Source: an uncultured virus (IMG/VR IMGVR_UViG_3300042350_001000)
Lineage: Duplodnaviria; Heunggongvirae; Uroviricota; Caudoviricetes
Length of the DNA: 64,000 bases
IMG/VR virus record: IMGVR_UViG_3300042350_001000
Strand: one strand, 5' to 3'
The notes under the pieces are model-generated. The model was not told the origin of the DNA. It was given only the letters and a program-made list of their open reading frames with translations, and did not search any database. The translations under genes were made by a program, and so were the position numbers. Shown here one piece after another: positions 61,796-64,000 of the stretch (its first letter is position 1; every line of letters starts with the position of its first letter).

Positions 61796-63879
61796 GGCGT
61801 GTAACCCCTGACATCGCCCATGTCGAGCGACAAGAGAATGCGGCCCATTTGATAGTCCCCGCCGATGATATTGGACTCAAACTTGAGCCTCAGTTCCCGG
61901 CGCTGCTCTTTTAAGTCGATCTTAGTCGTGTTTGCATCAAACGTATAAGGGCCGGTTGTAACGTCGGCTGCCTGCGCGTAAGGACGCCCAATGATGTACA
62001 TGGTCATCTCTTGGTCTTGCAGGAAGTCAGGCTCCACGCGCTCTAGGCGGGACCAGAAATTGTCACCGATCGGAACCTCTTGCGCAGGGTTGCCAGTCAC
62101 CCAGGACAGGTCGTGCGTCGTGAAATATGAGTCGATGGCAGATACCGAAGGACCGTCCACAACATCCACGCCGACCTCATGCTGCCAAAGCTTGGTATAG
62201 CCGCCGCCAATATCTTCGGTGCCTCCGGCGACCGGATACTTGAAAACCTGGGAGAAGTAGCCCGAGGAGCGTTGAGCATGAATGCTTTGGCCTGCGTCGT
62301 ACCACGTCTTTTCGCGGACGTTGTAAATAATCGCATCGGTACATTCGGTGGCCGATCCTCGAGGGTAGAACCACCAGATCTCGCCATAGCGAGGCACCTT
62401 CCAGGCCCAAACCTTCTGCCGCTGGGTGTAGTTCAGATTGTCGAAGAACCAGTTTTGGTTCATCGGGTTCGGGATCTCTTGGACGACGCCGTTATACATC
62501 AAGAAGCGATCAACCCCGCACCAGTAATAAATCCCGTCGTACTCGATAACACCCGAAGACGATAGGATCGAAGACTGCGAAGTAATAATGTCGTAGCGCC
62601 AGTAATCCGGAGCACCGATATAAGAGACGCGAATCAGCGAATCAAGCGACCAAAATAAGCCGGAGGGAGCGTTCGTACCGCCTCGCACCGGAAGGCCCTT
62701 GACGATCTTGCCCGTAGCGACGTTGACCTCGTTGGCGTCGGCTGAGTTCCAGTCCAGGGGATTCCCCTTGGAATTGTTCTTAATCAGGCCCGAGTTGCCG
62801 TAAACGAAGATGTACGGATGAAGAGCGACAACGCCACCAGAGACCGAGACGATGTCACCCGTCGGATCAGGGCCGCTAACGTCGCGAAGCTCGGTCAATG
62901 TCGTCCCGGTAATCGCGCCATAAAGCACTGGCGTGTTGGTTGTCGAGTCGACCTGCGCCAGATTCTGCCCTGGGTGGACTAAAAGCTGATTTACACCACC
63001 CTGCGAATCGTAAGAAGAGTCGAATTGATAAACATTATTGGCGCTTGCAGTGAAAACCGAACTAATAGTCGCAACTTGGATGCTAAATGGCGTTGTTACA
63101 GTCCCGCCAAGGTTCGTGGCACTCGCCGAAAGCGAATTTCCGACCGTATAACCGACGCCTGATTGCGTATAAGCGACCGTAATGGTCGAAACTGGCACTG
63201 AAAAGCCTGAGCCAGTGCCGCCAAGATTGGCCGTGGTAGCTGAAAGCACGTCACCAGGGGTGTATCCGGCGCCTAAATCGGTTAAAGCGACCGCTGTGAC
63301 CGCCCCGCCGGAGATTGTGACCGTCGCAATGGCTCCTGAACCGAGGCCTCCAGTAAGAGGAACGTCGGTATAAGTGCCGTTTGTGTATGCAGATCCGCCC
63401 GTAATGGTTCCGAGCGTCAAAATCGGGCCGGTTGTTGTAATAACGACTGACGTTACGGACCCGCCAGCGATCGTGATGTTGCAATAAAGGCCGGTTCCGG
63501 TACCTCCGGTCATGGCCACGCCGTTATAGGTGCCGTTGGTATAACCCGTACCGCCTACAAGCGTTCCAAGCGTTGCTGCCGGTCCCGTAAAGGTGAAATT
63601 AGAGACGCCAGCACCGACGCCGTTGTTATCGACGCCAATAACCTGAATGCCTGAAGCGTAGGACGTAAAGATGTTGTTAATGCCGTTGCTGGAATCAACG
63701 AACATCCCTCGAGTCGGGCCATAGATCTGATTGGAGATCCGCTTAACGCCAAGGACTTTTCTAGGCCGTCCGCGCTGAAAGCGTACCCATAAGCCATCAG
63801 AGTATTGATCCCCGTCCAAAACGGTACCGTCCCGGCGTATCCCAGGCTGGGTATTGATCGTAATGACTTTTTCAGTCAT
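61792..63879 (-). CDS. Tail nozzle / packaged-DNA stabilisation protein, module B
   Basis: PGI.RDGT..WVRFQRGRPRK, YYW.G.DRF..Y.G, EIWWFYP; contains inserted GG..YTNGTY..V..TGG.G.G repeats. Confidence 0.7.
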   Translation of the reverse strand: MTEKVITINTQPGIRRDGTVLDGDQYSDGLWVRFQRGRPRKVLGVKRISNQIYGPTRGMFVDSSNGINNIFTSYASGIQVIGVDNNGVGAGVSNFTFTGPAATLGTLVGGTGYTNGTYNGVAMTGGTGTGLYCNITIAGGSVTSVVITTTGPILTLGTITGGSAYTNGTYTDVPLTGGLGSGAIATVTISGGAVTAVALTDLGAGYTPGDVLSATTANLGGTGSGFSVPVSTITVAYTQSGVGYTVGNSLSASATNLGGTVTTPFSIQVATISSVFTASANNVYQFDSSYDSQGGVNQLLVHPGQNLAQVDSTTNTPVLYGAITGTTLTELRDVSGPDPTGDIVSVSGGVVALHPYIFVYGNSGLIKNNSKGNPLDWNSADANEVNVATGKIVKGLPVRGGTNAPSGLFWSLDSLIRVSYIGAPDYWRYDIITSQSSILSSSGVIEYDGIYYWCGVDRFLMYNGVVQEIPNPMNQNWFFDNLNYTQRQKVWAWKVPRYGEIWWFYPRGSATECTDAIIYNVREKTWYDAGQSIHAQRSSGYFSQVFKYPVAGGTEDIGGGYTKLWQHEVGVDVVDGPSVSAIDSYFTTHDLSWVTGNPAQEVPIGDNFWSRLERVEPDFLQDQEMTMYIIGRPYAQAADVTTGPYTFDANTTKIDLKEQRRELRLKFESNIIGGDYQMGRILLSLDMGDVRGYTP

Positions 63880-64000
63880 TAAAACGCACCTCCAGCCAAT
63901 CCATCGGTTGTTAGTAGCATCTTGGCTGTGCCGCCAATAGACATACCAATAGCCGAGCCGCCGGTTGGCCGGTACATGCCAGTATTGGTCTCATTAGTAA
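63879..64000 (-). CDS. 3' end of a tail-fibre-like gene (partial)
   Basis: ...NETNTGMYRPTGGSAIGMSIGGTAKMLLTTDGLAGGAF*, coupled to the nozzle ATG. Confidence 0.6.
   Translation of the reverse strand, partial: TNETNTGMYRPTGGSAIGMSIGGTAKMLLTTDGLAGGAF

Overview
The window is tailed-phage DNA of podovirus-like organisation. It has no integrase, cI repressor, DNA polymerase, tRNA or CRISPR that I can see. From 47.3 kb leftwards on the minus strand it reads: Cro-like regulator, DUF1376-type replication initiator, DnaB-like helicase, RusA, an array of small modular accessory genes, terS, terL, two large multidomain 'cargo' proteins, portal, GroES, scaffold, major capsid, decoration/adaptor genes, tail fibres with Gly-rich modules and a 2OG-Fe(II) oxygenase, and a lysis cassette. 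A short plus-strand early arm (47.6-53.8 kb) encodes an SSB-like protein, a PD-(D/E)XK nuclease and a fucosyltransferase-like protein. Two divergent tail-nozzle plus ejection-protein modules are present (1-8742, visibly more AT-rich; 53795-64000). The contig is therefore either a chimera/recombinant joined near the lysis cassette or a phage with two such modules. The strongest candidate for an undescribed system is a recurrent [YFMLK]-[AKQ]-x-G-G motif, often a doublet such as KAEGGLIRMQDGG. It occurs about 35 times, only in predicted internal virion proteins, and sits at the boundaries of ART-like, EExQSDW and HhH-GPD glycosylase-like domains, suggesting a processing or encapsidation signal. 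Other notable signals are a covarying 5'-leader hairpin shared by three promoters, a C4/CI-like structured RNA whose loop is complementary to the initiator RBS, combinatorial EREACA/EPVAW small-protein cassettes, and an 86-copy Gly-Ser tract. All family assignments come from motif recognition by eye; no database searches were run.
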